This document shows positions 16,955 to 24,686 of a DNA stretch of 32,000 nucleotides, piece after piece. The translations under genes and the position numbers were made by a program. Every line of letters begins with the position of its first letter. Positions within the stretch are counted from its first letter, which is position 1. The notes beneath the pieces are model-generated. The model was not told the DNA's origin. It did not search any database and worked only from the letters and a program-made list of their open reading frames with translations. Origin of the DNA: Thermosulfurimonas dismutans (GTDB taxonomy: Bacteria > Desulfobacterota > Thermodesulfobacteria > Thermodesulfobacteriales > Thermodesulfobacteriaceae); contig NZ_LWLG01000018.1 in the NCBI RefSeq assembly GCF_001652585.1, positions 11,478-43,477 on the forward strand, written 5' to 3'.

Positions 16955-17292
16955 TCGAAAGTTATCGCTTCGGAGAAATAGTGGTTCTTGGTAAGACTTA
17001 CCGGCGAGATCTTAAGATCATCAAGGGAAGGGTGTATCCAGACTGGTGGCGTAAGGAGGGACATCTTCTTCAACCGGAAGATTTAGAAGATATCTGGGTT
17101 GCAAGGCCTGAGATCTTAGTAGTGGGCACCGGGGCTTCGGGAGTGATGCGGGTGGACCCTCGGACGGTTGAGAAGGCTGAGGAGCTGGGTATAGCCTTTG
17201 AGGCCTATCCTACAAATAAGGCTGTACACCGATTCAATAAACTTTTCGAAGAAGGTCGAGACGTAGCCGCGGCTTTTCATCTTACTTGTTGA
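16951..17292 (+). CDS. Mth938-like domain protein (DUF498 / NDUFAF3-related fold)
   Basis: [17 protein letters not shown]..., PEILVVGTG and AAAFHLTC resemble the Mth938 domain family. The ATG overlaps the prfA stop (ATGA). Confidence 0.75.
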   Translation: MIESYRFGEIVVLGKTYRRDLKIIKGRVYPDWWRKEGHLLQPEDLEDIWVARPEILVVGTGASGVMRVDPRTVEKAEELGIAFEAYPTNKAVHRFNKLFEEGRDVAAAFHLTC

Positions 17293-17539
17293 GCTTTTCA
17301 AGAATTCTTTGCGAAGCTCGGAAGATGATACGCCATCCCTGAGAGGTCTTTCGGATTTCAAGGCTTCCGAAATTCCGCAGGGTAAGACGTCTTTTTTCCC
17401 TTAGACCAGCGATTAGTTCTTTCAACAGGATCTTGAGAAAGATATGACTTTGGCGTCTAGAAAGATTAGTTTTTTGGGCAAGTCTTCGGCTGAGCTCAAG
17501 GAGTTTCACGAGTAATATATGGAAGAAGAATTCTGGCAA
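17282..17539 (-). CDS. Short HU/IHF-fold (Bac_DNA_binding-like) protein with a truncated beta-arm
   Basis: VKLLELSRRLAQKTNLSRRQSHIFLKILLKELIAGLREKRRLTLRNFGSLEIRK aligns by eye to the HU helical body and the GFGxFEVR strand. The arm region is about 12-14 aa shorter than in HU. The start is uncertain (TTG 17539 or GTG 17509) and no clear SD is present. It overlaps the RR gene 3' end and, convergently, the Mth938 gene end. Confidence 0.5.
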   Translation of the reverse strand: MPEFFFHILLVKLLELSRRLAQKTNLSRRQSHIFLKILLKELIAGLREKRRLTLRNFGSLEIRKTSQGWRIIFRASQRILEKLNK

Positions 17540-17873
17540 GTTTTTCTAAAGAAACGGGTTTCCTCAAAATGTATAGGGGCCCTTTTATCAAGTGAGCCGC
17601 TTTTTCTAATTTGTCTTTATCCACGATCCCGGTAATGATGATGATCGGTCCTTTGAAGTCTATTTCTTCCAAAAAATCACAAGCCAATCCATCTGGAAGG
17701 ATACAATCCGAGATGATGATATCAAATTGATTTTGAGACCATAGCTTACGTGCCTCTGTTAACGTTTCGGCAGCGTAGACTTTAACCTCAGGGAAGGAAA
17801 GACGTAAAAACTCTATCAGGGCAATCTTTATAAATTCTTCGTCCTCTATCAATAGAATCTTGGCAGCTTCCAT
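17496..17873 (-). CDS. Single-domain (CheY-like) response regulator receiver protein
   Basis: REC signatures: acidic pair IEDEE, phospho-acceptor IIISDCILPDG, IIITG (Thr/Ser position) and RKP (conserved Lys). No output domain. Confidence 0.88.
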   Translation of the reverse strand: MEAAKILLIEDEEFIKIALIEFLRLSFPEVKVYAAETLTEARKLWSQNQFDIIISDCILPDGLACDFLEEIDFKGPIIIITGIVDKDKLEKAAHLIKGPLYILRKPVSLEKLARILLPYITRETP

Positions 17874-17923
17874 GTTCAGAGTAATCTAATAGGTAAAAAC
17901 AAAAGTAGCAAGGAGAAAAATTC

Positions 17924-18127
17924 ATGGACTTTCCCATAGCGCAGGAATGGTTGGAACTTCTGGCCTGTCCCCGGTGCAAAGGGGAGATCAAACCGGTAAA
18001 GAACCCTCTGGGGCTTGCCTGTGAACGCTGCGATCTTTTTTATGAAATTCGAGATGGGATTCCGGTAATGCTTATCGAAGAGGCTAAGAAGTATTCGGAG
18101 GTAGCCCGGGATGAGCCGTCCGACTGA
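17924..18127 (+). CDS. Trm112 family (UPF0434/YcaR-like) zinc-ribbon protein
   Basis: LLACPRCKG...LACERCDLFYEIRDGIPVMLIEEA is the classic Trm112/YcaR pattern. SD AAGGAG. Confidence 0.88.
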   Translation: MDFPIAQEWLELLACPRCKGEIKPVKNPLGLACERCDLFYEIRDGIPVMLIEEAKKYSEVARDEPSD

Positions 18128-18632
18128 ACCCATCCCGGCCCTTTTTTTTGTGAGCGCCTTTGGGCGGAAAAAGGAAATCATCCTCTCAGCCGTTGAAAAG
18201 CTTGCAAAATTTCTCGGGCCAGTGCAGTGGACTTCCCCATGGTTAGCCTTTGATTTTACCGATTATTATACCCCGGAATTTGGTAAACCCCTTGTTAGGG
18301 CCTTTTTTTTCTTCGGCCTGAGACCTCAGGAGGATTTAATAGAGGTTAAACACTGGGCCTATGAAGTGGAAAGGTCCTTCATGGAGAATGAAAGACGACT
18401 TGTGAATCTTGATCCCGGGTATTTGCTCCTTTCTCGGCTCGTGCTTTCCACTTTTAAGGACTTTGCCCATCGTATCTATCTCGGCCGTGGAGTCTTTGCG
18501 GAGGTGACCCTTATCTTTCGAGGGGGATCCTTTAAACCTCTCCCCTGGACCTATCCCGACTATGCGGCTCCTGAAACTATTGCCCTTTTCAACAAGGCCC
18601 GAGAGGATTATAAAAAGCTCTTAAGATGCTGA
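18111..18632 (+). CDS. Uncharacterized protein, DUF4416-like
   Basis: FTDYYTPEFG, NLDPGYL, HRIYLGRGVFAEVTL and WTYPDY match my recollection of DUF4416. The family assignment is from memory only. It overlaps Trm112 by 17 nt and moaA by 7 nt. Confidence 0.7.
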   Translation: MSRPTEPIPALFFVSAFGRKKEIILSAVEKLAKFLGPVQWTSPWLAFDFTDYYTPEFGKPLVRAFFFFGLRPQEDLIEVKHWAYEVERSFMENERRLVNLDPGYLLLSRLVLSTFKDFAHRIYLGRGVFAEVTLIFRGGSFKPLPWTYPDYAAPETIALFNKAREDYKKLLRC

Positions 18633-19585
18633 AGGATGCTTACGGTCGGCAGATCAGATACCTTCGGGTTTCGGTAACGGATCGTTGTAACCTCCGGTGT
18701 CTTTATTGCAGTCAAAAAGCCTTTGAGTGGCTTCCTCCAGAGGACATTCTTTCCTATGAAGAGATCTATGAGGTGGTCTCGGCGGCTGTAGAGTTGGGGG
18801 TAGAAAGAGTACGACTTACCGGTGGAGAGCCCCTTATAAGGAAGGGACTCCCCGAACTGATAAGGAGGCTTGCCGCTATACCCGGTCTAAAGGACTTAAG
18901 TCTTACCACTAACGGCCTGAGGCTTAAGGAGCTGGCCTCAGAGCTCAAAGCCGCGGGTTTGAAACGGGTAAATGTGAGCCTTGATACCCTGCGTCCAGAG
19001 CGTTTTAGGGAGCTTACGGGTTTGGACGGCCTTTCGAAAGTCCTTGCCGGTATTGACGCTGCTCTGTCAGTTGGCCTCTCTCCGGTAAAAATAAACATGG
19101 TAGTTCTCAGAGGATTCAATGAAGACGAAATTGAGGAGATGGCCAAGCTTACTTTTGAAAAACCCGTACATGTAAGATTCATAGAATTTATGCCGGTGGG
19201 AGAGGGTGCGGGTTGGAACGAAGAGCGGTGGATGCCTCTTTTTGAGATTCGTAAGAGAGTTGAAAGTGTAGGGTCTCTTTATCCCACAGTGTCGGAGGGC
19301 GGAGGTCCGGCCAAGAGTTTCCGTTTCGCCGGGGCTAAAGGGGCGGTAGGGTTTATTGCGGCTATGAGTGAACATTTCTGTGCTCGCTGCAATCGCCTGC
19401 GTCTTACTCCGGAAGGGAAGCTTCGATTTTGTCTTTTTTCCGATCGAGAATTTGATCTAAAGCCTTATCTCTCTCAAGGACGCGAAGTTTTGAAGAAGAT
19501 TCTAGTTGAAAGCGTAAAGGAGAAACCGGCTTCTCGTCTTGAAGGCCACCTGCCGAGAAGACTTATGCGAAGCATAGGGGGCTAA
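18626..19585 (+). CDS. moaA: GTP 3',8-cyclase (molybdenum cofactor biosynthesis protein A)
   Basis: YLRVSVTDRCNLRCLYC radical SAM motif and the C-terminal auxiliary cluster CARCNRLRLTPEGKLRFCL. Confidence 0.95.
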   Translation: MLKDAYGRQIRYLRVSVTDRCNLRCLYCSQKAFEWLPPEDILSYEEIYEVVSAAVELGVERVRLTGGEPLIRKGLPELIRRLAAIPGLKDLSLTTNGLRLKELASELKAAGLKRVNVSLDTLRPERFRELTGLDGLSKVLAGIDAALSVGLSPVKINMVVLRGFNEDEIEEMAKLTFEKPVHVRFIEFMPVGEGAGWNEERWMPLFEIRKRVESVGSLYPTVSEGGGPAKSFRFAGAKGAVGFIAAMSEHFCARCNRLRLTPEGKLRFCLFSDREFDLKPYLSQGREVLKKILVESVKEKPASRLEGHLPRRLMRSIGG

Positions 19586-19614
19586 TTGACAAACGGCTTC
19601 AAAAGAGGCAATAT
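19586..19614 (+). promoter_or_regulatory. Candidate sigma70-type promoter of the aminotransferase gene (TTGACA-17-CAATAT)
   Basis: TTGACA at 19586-19591 starts immediately after the moaA stop codon (19583-19585), with CAATAT at 19609-19614, 36 nt before the ATG. Confidence 0.5.
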
Positions 19615-19649
19615 CAAGGCCTAATATTTCGGGGTTCGGTCTTGTAAAA

Positions 19650-20873
19650 ATGGCGGGATTTCCTTCGGTAAAACCGGCTCGAAGAACGGAAAAGATAGAA
19701 TATGCGGTAAGAGATATTGTCCTTACCGCGCAGGAGGCGGCCAGACGCGGACGGGAGCTCTTGTTTTTAAATATTGGTGACCCCATTCAGTACGATTTTG
19801 AGACTCCGCGTCCCCTTATCGAGGCTACTTATCGGGCCATGTGCGAAAACCTTACGGGTTATTCTGCTTCGTCCGGGGTTGACGAGGCCATTGAGGCCAT
19901 CCGTAACGAGGCTCGACGTCACGGGTTTGAGCCGGTAGATATTTTTGTTACCACCGGGGCCAGCGAGGCTATAGATTTTGCCCTTACCGCTTTGGTAAAC
20001 GCCGGCGAGAACGTCTTAGTACCTTATCCTGGTTATCCTCTTTATACCGCTATTTTGGCCAAGCTCGAGGCTCAACCCAATCCTTACTATCTCAAGGAAG
20101 AAGACGGTTGGCAGCCGGACCCTGAGGAGATAGAGGCCAAGATAAACGAGAATACTAGGGCCATCGTGCTCATAAATCCCAACAATCCCACCGGGGCTGT
20201 CTTTTCACGGGAGATTCTCGAGGCCATTGTGGAGATCGCCCGGCGCCACCATTTGGTGATCCTTTCGGATGAGATCTATGACAAATTGGTTTTCGATGGC
20301 CAGAAACACTATTCCATTGCGGCCTTGGCTCCGGATGTCCCGGTGGTGACTTTTAACGGTCTTTCCAAGTGTTATCTGGCCCCGGGTTTTCGCATCGGCT
20401 GGGGCATTGTTTCGGGACCGAAGGAGGTCGTAGAAGACTACATCGAGGCCATTCACAAGCTCGCTCGAGCCAGGCTTTCCACTAGTCATCCCAAACAATA
20501 CGCTATTCCGGTAGCCTTGGACGGGGATCACGACCACCTTCCTCAGGTCTTGGAAAAACTTCGCCGTCGCCGGGACCTTACCTACAAGATGTTGAATGAG
20601 ATTCCCGGCATCTCCTGTGTCAGACCGGAAGGGGCCTTTTACGCCTTTCCTCGCATAGAAGTTCCGGGAGTATCTGACCGGGAGTTCGTGCGTGAGTTGA
20701 TTCTTGAGACCGGAGTGGTGGTGGTTCACGGAAGTGGTTTCGGCCAGGTTCCGGGTACGGCCCATTTTAGGGTGGTCTTCTTGCCGCCAGAAGAGGTCCT
20801 TTTCAAGGCCTATACGCGCCTAGCGGAGTTCGCGGAGAAGTTCTTCCGAAAATACGGTTTCAACGGGGCTTAA
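19650..20873 (+). CDS. Class I/II PLP-dependent aminotransferase (alanine/aspartate aminotransferase-like)
   Basis: IEYAVRDI, LNIGDP, NPNNPTG and SKCYLAPGFRIGW (PLP lysine) resemble AlaAT-type enzymes. No obvious SD. Confidence 0.9.
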   Translation: MAGFPSVKPARRTEKIEYAVRDIVLTAQEAARRGRELLFLNIGDPIQYDFETPRPLIEATYRAMCENLTGYSASSGVDEAIEAIRNEARRHGFEPVDIFVTTGASEAIDFALTALVNAGENVLVPYPGYPLYTAILAKLEAQPNPYYLKEEDGWQPDPEEIEAKINENTRAIVLINPNNPTGAVFSREILEAIVEIARRHHLVILSDEIYDKLVFDGQKHYSIAALAPDVPVVTFNGLSKCYLAPGFRIGWGIVSGPKEVVEDYIEAIHKLARARLSTSHPKQYAIPVALDGDHDHLPQVLEKLRRRRDLTYKMLNEIPGISCVRPEGAFYAFPRIEVPGVSDREFVRELILETGVVVVHGSGFGQVPGTAHFRVVFLPPEEVLFKAYTRLAEFAEKFFRKYGFNGA

Positions 20874-21561
20874 GGCCTGTGTAGATAGTAACTACTCCCA
20901 AGGTCAGGGGATAAGCCCTAATTCCAGTGAAACCGGCCTCTTCCATCCAGGCCATGACTATCTTGGGTTCTGGGAACTGATAAATGGACCGGGCCAGATA
21001 GAGATAAGCTTCCCGATCTCCGGTAACAAGTCCTCCTAATAGGGGCATACCGTAGCGGAGATAAAGGCGATAAAGGGGAGCAAAAAAAGGATTCCTCGGC
21101 CGTGAGAATTCTAGAATCACGGCCTTCCCTCCGGGCTTAAGGACTCTATACATCTCAAAGAGGCCCTTTTTCGGGCGGGCGAGATTGCGTAGTCCGAAGG
21201 CGATGGTAAGTCCGTAGAAAGTATTTTTGGAGAAGGGCAGTTCTTCGGCATCCCCACAGACCGCTTTGATAAGAGAAAGATTGGGGTTTTTGCGGAAGCG
21301 ATAAAGACCATAGTGCAGCATTTCAGAGGTAATATCCAAGGCTACTACCGGCCTGGGATTTTGTCGTACAAGCTCTAACGAGAGAGCTAGGGTGCCGGCA
21401 CAGAGATCAAGAAGGGGCCCCGGGAAATCAGCCAGTTCGCTGGCGGAGCGTTTGCGCCAGAAGGCATCTTGTCCGAAACTCCCTAAGCGGTTGACCAGAT
21501 CATAGCCCCTAGTGACCCTAGAAAACTTTTCCTTTACGAAGCGTTTTTTATCTTCCATCAT
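20860..21561 (-). CDS. ubiE: Demethylmenaquinone / ubiquinone C-methyltransferase (UbiE/MenG)
   Basis: YDLVNRLGSFGQDAFWRK signature and the SAM-binding LLDLCAGTL. The 3' end overlaps the convergent aminotransferase by 14 nt. Confidence 0.9.
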   Translation of the reverse strand: MMEDKKRFVKEKFSRVTRGYDLVNRLGSFGQDAFWRKRSASELADFPGPLLDLCAGTLALSLELVRQNPRPVVALDITSEMLHYGLYRFRKNPNLSLIKAVCGDAEELPFSKNTFYGLTIAFGLRNLARPKKGLFEMYRVLKPGGKAVILEFSRPRNPFFAPLYRLYLRYGMPLLGGLVTGDREAYLYLARSIYQFPEPKIVMAWMEEAGFTGIRAYPLTLGVVTIYTGLKPR

Positions 21562-22364
21562 AGTTCCACAAAGGAAAGTCTTCGAATCTTAGAAATTTCT
21601 CCCCGTCTAGCAAGGTGCCTGAAGAAGACCTGAAGAGCCTCCTGTTTTAGACCTGAAAGATCGTACTCTAATCCCGAAAGGTAAGTTAAGGCTTCGGGAT
21701 AACTCAGTTCTTCCGGTCGCTCTTTTTCAATGAGTTTATCCAAATGTGAGAGCCCTTTGGCCCGAGAGAGATATAGATTTCGGGCTAGAAGCCTCACAGT
21801 GTCCCCAAAAGCTTGAAGGGATTCTTTTCTTATAGCCAAGACCGCAAACACGAAAGGCAGTCCGGTTTTCTCGGTCCATATGCCACCCAGATCGAGGACG
21901 TTGGGAAAAGGGGGAGTTTTTCTCAGGATCAAGGCTTCATCTCCAATGGCCAAATATCCGAAATCAGTCTCCTCAGGCCGGCCCACGCGATAGAGGGGTC
22001 TTACGCCATAAAAGTCTTCCAGGAGGAGTTTCAGGAGGGCCACCGAGGTCTCACTTTCTGGCGTGAAGGCCACCGGTTTCCCCGACAATTCTGAAAGCCT
22101 CCCCCGAAAGAAAAAAAGCACGCTTCCCACCCGTCCAGTAGCACTTATGGAAAGATCCGGCAGAAGAAGCAATTCTTCGTGATACTTAGCATAGGCCAGG
22201 GAGGAGATGAGTCCGGCTTCGATTTGCCCTTGGGCTATCAATCGGTTGAGTTCGGCCGGGGGGGCGTAAGAGATTTCTATCTCCGATGGGAGATTTTCCG
22301 CAAGCCCATAGCGTAAGGGAGCGGTGTTAAAATAGGCTACCAATCCCAGTTTAAAGATCGACAT
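21558..22364 (-). CDS. mqnA: Menaquinone biosynthesis protein MqnA family (chorismate dehydratase, futalosine pathway)
   Basis: N-terminus KLGLVAYFNTAPL, periplasmic-binding-protein-like length, and mqn context. ATG 22364 (GAGG 9 nt upstream) is preferred; the ORF-track TTG at 22397 is possible. MqnA versus MqnD cannot be fully excluded by eye. Confidence 0.8.
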   Translation of the reverse strand: MSIFKLGLVAYFNTAPLRYGLAENLPSEIEISYAPPAELNRLIAQGQIEAGLISSLAYAKYHEELLLLPDLSISATGRVGSVLFFFRGRLSELSGKPVAFTPESETSVALLKLLLEDFYGVRPLYRVGRPEETDFGYLAIGDEALILRKTPPFPNVLDLGGIWTEKTGLPFVFAVLAIRKESLQAFGDTVRLLARNLYLSRAKGLSHLDKLIEKERPEELSYPEALTYLSGLEYDLSGLKQEALQVFFRHLARRGEISKIRRLSFVEL

Positions 22365-23568
22365 AGAGGCGGACCTCGATCTTTTTAGGATTTTCAAGGA
22401 GACTACGGTATAGGTCTTTGCCCGTAGCAGGCGATCTTAAGGCCAACATTTCGGCACGCGCGCCGGGAAAAAGACCTCCCAGATCACTTCTCCCCAAGGC
22501 CTCAGCCCCCCAGAGAGTAGCCATGAGGAAGAAAATTTCGGGGGAAACTTCAGGATAAGCGTGGTAGAGAGCCTCCATTTCGGCAAAAATGGAGAGCCGA
22601 TCGTTGCTAGCCAGACTGTCTGTGCCGAGACACGGTTTGAGACCCGCCCGAAGAAGTTTGGGAAGCGGGGGAAGCCCTACCCCGAGGAAGATATTGCTTC
22701 GGGGACAGAGACAGGGACGCACCCGGTGCCGGGAGAGGGTTTCGATGTCCTGGTCGCTTATCTGGACCACATGTACACAGATGGTCTTCTCATCCAAGAC
22801 TCCCAGGCGTTCGAGATAGGCTACCGGAGAGAGCCCCGGGGCTCTGAAGCCCGCATGCCACTGCCCCCGTTCCTCAAGGAGAAACCGGATAGGACCGCTG
22901 CCATCCTTTAGAAAAAGTATTTCTTCCGGTGATTCGGCTACATGAATGGAGAGGGGCAGTCCGGCTCTACGGGTCCAACTCTTGATAGCCTGAATGAGAA
23001 GGGGAGAGACGGTGTAGGGAGTGTGGGGGGAAAGAGAATAAAGGAAGCGCCCGTTTGGGAAAGAGCCTTTAAGGAAGTTCTTGAGTTCATTTTTTCCCCG
23101 AAAGTCGATGATCTCCCTGAAATAGATCCCTATGAAAGGACTCTCTCGTAAAAGAGGGAGGGTAAGTCCGGTATTGCCAATATCTCCAACAATCCCTATT
23201 CCTTCTCTCCAAAGTTCTTTAAGGGCCTGAGTAGCGGCCTTCTGGGTTTCCTCTATCGAAAACTCGGCCCTTTTGCGAATAAGGGCCTTGACCCAGGAGA
23301 TAAATGATCCTGAGGGTGTGAGCCGGAATCGGAGAACCGAGAGTTCAAGATGGGTGTGGAGATTGAATAGCACCGGAAGGAGAATCAAATCCGAAAGATC
23401 TACAGTCTTTCCAGAGAAGGTCTTTTTGAGGAGGCGATAGGGCCCTACTTCTACGATACGTCCTCCCCGAACCAGTACGGCCCCGTCTTCAATGGGCGAG
23501 GCCTTCATGGGAAGCACATACCGGGCCCGGAAAAGATGTGGTGTTAATGAGATAGGGAATGCTTCCAT
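22351..23568 (-). CDS. Amidohydrolase family protein, probable aminodeoxyfutalosine deaminase
   Basis: Metal-ligand motifs NLHTHLE, HVAES and GTDS of the amidohydrolase superfamily. The deaminase assignment is inferred from its position between the mqn radical SAM gene and mqnA. Confidence 0.75.
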   Translation of the reverse strand: MEAFPISLTPHLFRARYVLPMKASPIEDGAVLVRGGRIVEVGPYRLLKKTFSGKTVDLSDLILLPVLFNLHTHLELSVLRFRLTPSGSFISWVKALIRKRAEFSIEETQKAATQALKELWREGIGIVGDIGNTGLTLPLLRESPFIGIYFREIIDFRGKNELKNFLKGSFPNGRFLYSLSPHTPYTVSPLLIQAIKSWTRRAGLPLSIHVAESPEEILFLKDGSGPIRFLLEERGQWHAGFRAPGLSPVAYLERLGVLDEKTICVHVVQISDQDIETLSRHRVRPCLCPRSNIFLGVGLPPLPKLLRAGLKPCLGTDSLASNDRLSIFAEMEALYHAYPEVSPEIFFLMATLWGAEALGRSDLGGLFPGARAEMLALRSPATGKDLYRSLLENPKKIEVRLYVDL

Positions 23569-23569
23569 C

Positions 23570-24637
23570 TCATGCCACTAAGGAATAGTCCATTCGACGA
23601 CGTCGAGGTTCGTAGCCAGCGTCCCGAATCAAACGCTGTATTTCATCTTCAGAAAGTCGGTGAGAAACGCCCGTAGCGGCCACCACGTTCTCTTCGATCA
23701 TGGTGCTTCCGAAGTCGTTGGCCCCGAATTCCAGGGCTACTTGGGCCACCTTGGGCCCCTGGGTTACCCAGGAGGCCTGAATATTGGGTACATTGTCGAG
23801 CACGATCCGAGAGACGGCAAGGGTCTTGAGATACTCTACCGGGGTAGCCTTAGGGACGGATAGTTGGGTGTTGCCAGGCTGAAAGGGCCAAGGAATGAAG
23901 GCCGTAAAGCCCCCGGTTTCGTCCTGAAGCTCACGGATTTTTAGAAGATGCTCTACTCTTTCTTCTAAAGTTTCAATATGTCCGAACATCATGGTGGCCG
24001 TAGTTTTGAGACCGAGGTTATGCGCGATCCGCATGACCTTAAGCCATTCTTCGGCCGAACATTTATTGGGAGAGATCCTGTTCCTTACCCGATCTACCAG
24101 AATCTCAGCCCCCCCTCCCGGTATGGAGTCCAGCCCAGCAGCTATGAGCCGCTTTAAAGTCTCTTCAATTGAAAGCCCTGAAATCTTTGAAAAATAAACT
24201 ATTTCAGGGGGCGAAAAGGCGTGGACGTGAATTTCCGGAAAGCGTTCTTTTATGAAAGAGAGCATTTCTTCGTAGAAGGAGAAAGGTAGCTCCGGGTTAA
24301 GCCCTCCCTGAAGGAGGATTTGGTAGCCCCCTAGGGCTAGGGTCTCCTCGATCTTGCGAGCCAATTCCTCAAAGGAGAGGACATATCCTCCCGCTTCTTC
24401 TGGACTTCGGTAGTAAGCGCAAAATTTGCACCCTGAAACACAGATGTTGGTATAATTAATGTTGCGGTCAACGATATAGGTCACGATAGGTTCGGGATGT
24501 AGACGCCTCCTAACCTCACGTGCTAGCTCTCCAAGAAGAAAGAAATCCGCGGAGAAAAGCTCCAGGGCTTCTTCTTTGTGGAGCCTTTCCCCGGAAAGGA
24601 CTTTGTCTATCAGTTCTGGTTTTGGGGCCTGGCTCAT
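23570..24637 (-). CDS. MqnC/MqnE-family radical SAM enzyme of the futalosine pathway (aminofutalosine synthase or cyclic dehypoxanthinyl-futalosine synthase)
   Basis: DRNINYTNICVSGCKFCAYYR radical SAM motif with length and C-terminal pattern of the MqnC/MqnE/CofH clade. ATG 24637 (MSQAPKPELIDKV) is preferred over the ORF-track TTG at 24697, which would overlap the divergent gene start. Confidence 0.85.
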   Translation of the reverse strand: MSQAPKPELIDKVLSGERLHKEEALELFSADFFLLGELAREVRRRLHPEPIVTYIVDRNINYTNICVSGCKFCAYYRSPEEAGGYVLSFEELARKIEETLALGGYQILLQGGLNPELPFSFYEEMLSFIKERFPEIHVHAFSPPEIVYFSKISGLSIEETLKRLIAAGLDSIPGGGAEILVDRVRNRISPNKCSAEEWLKVMRIAHNLGLKTTATMMFGHIETLEERVEHLLKIRELQDETGGFTAFIPWPFQPGNTQLSVPKATPVEYLKTLAVSRIVLDNVPNIQASWVTQGPKVAQVALEFGANDFGSTMIEENVVAATGVSHRLSEDEIQRLIRDAGYEPRRRRMDYSLVA

Positions 24638-24686
24638 GGTATTACAATTACCAGTCGGTCTCTGGCCCGTCAAATAGGAGGAAGAT

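Noticed and set aside
18142-18310. Two T8 homopolymer tracts (about 18142-18149 and 18303-18310) in the DUF4416-like gene, considered as slippage or phase-variation sites
   Set aside because: Both encode Phe runs (LFFV, AFFFF) in frame. Similar A/T runs occur in housekeeping genes here (for example hypE at 3327-3334). Nothing suggests contingency-locus behaviour.
20205-20765. 186-aa ORF antisense to the aminotransferase gene, and similar shadow ORFs at 18766-19182, 10142-10555 and 1919-2314
   Set aside because: Each lies entirely within a confidently identified gene on the other strand. None has a recognisable domain or ribosome-binding site.
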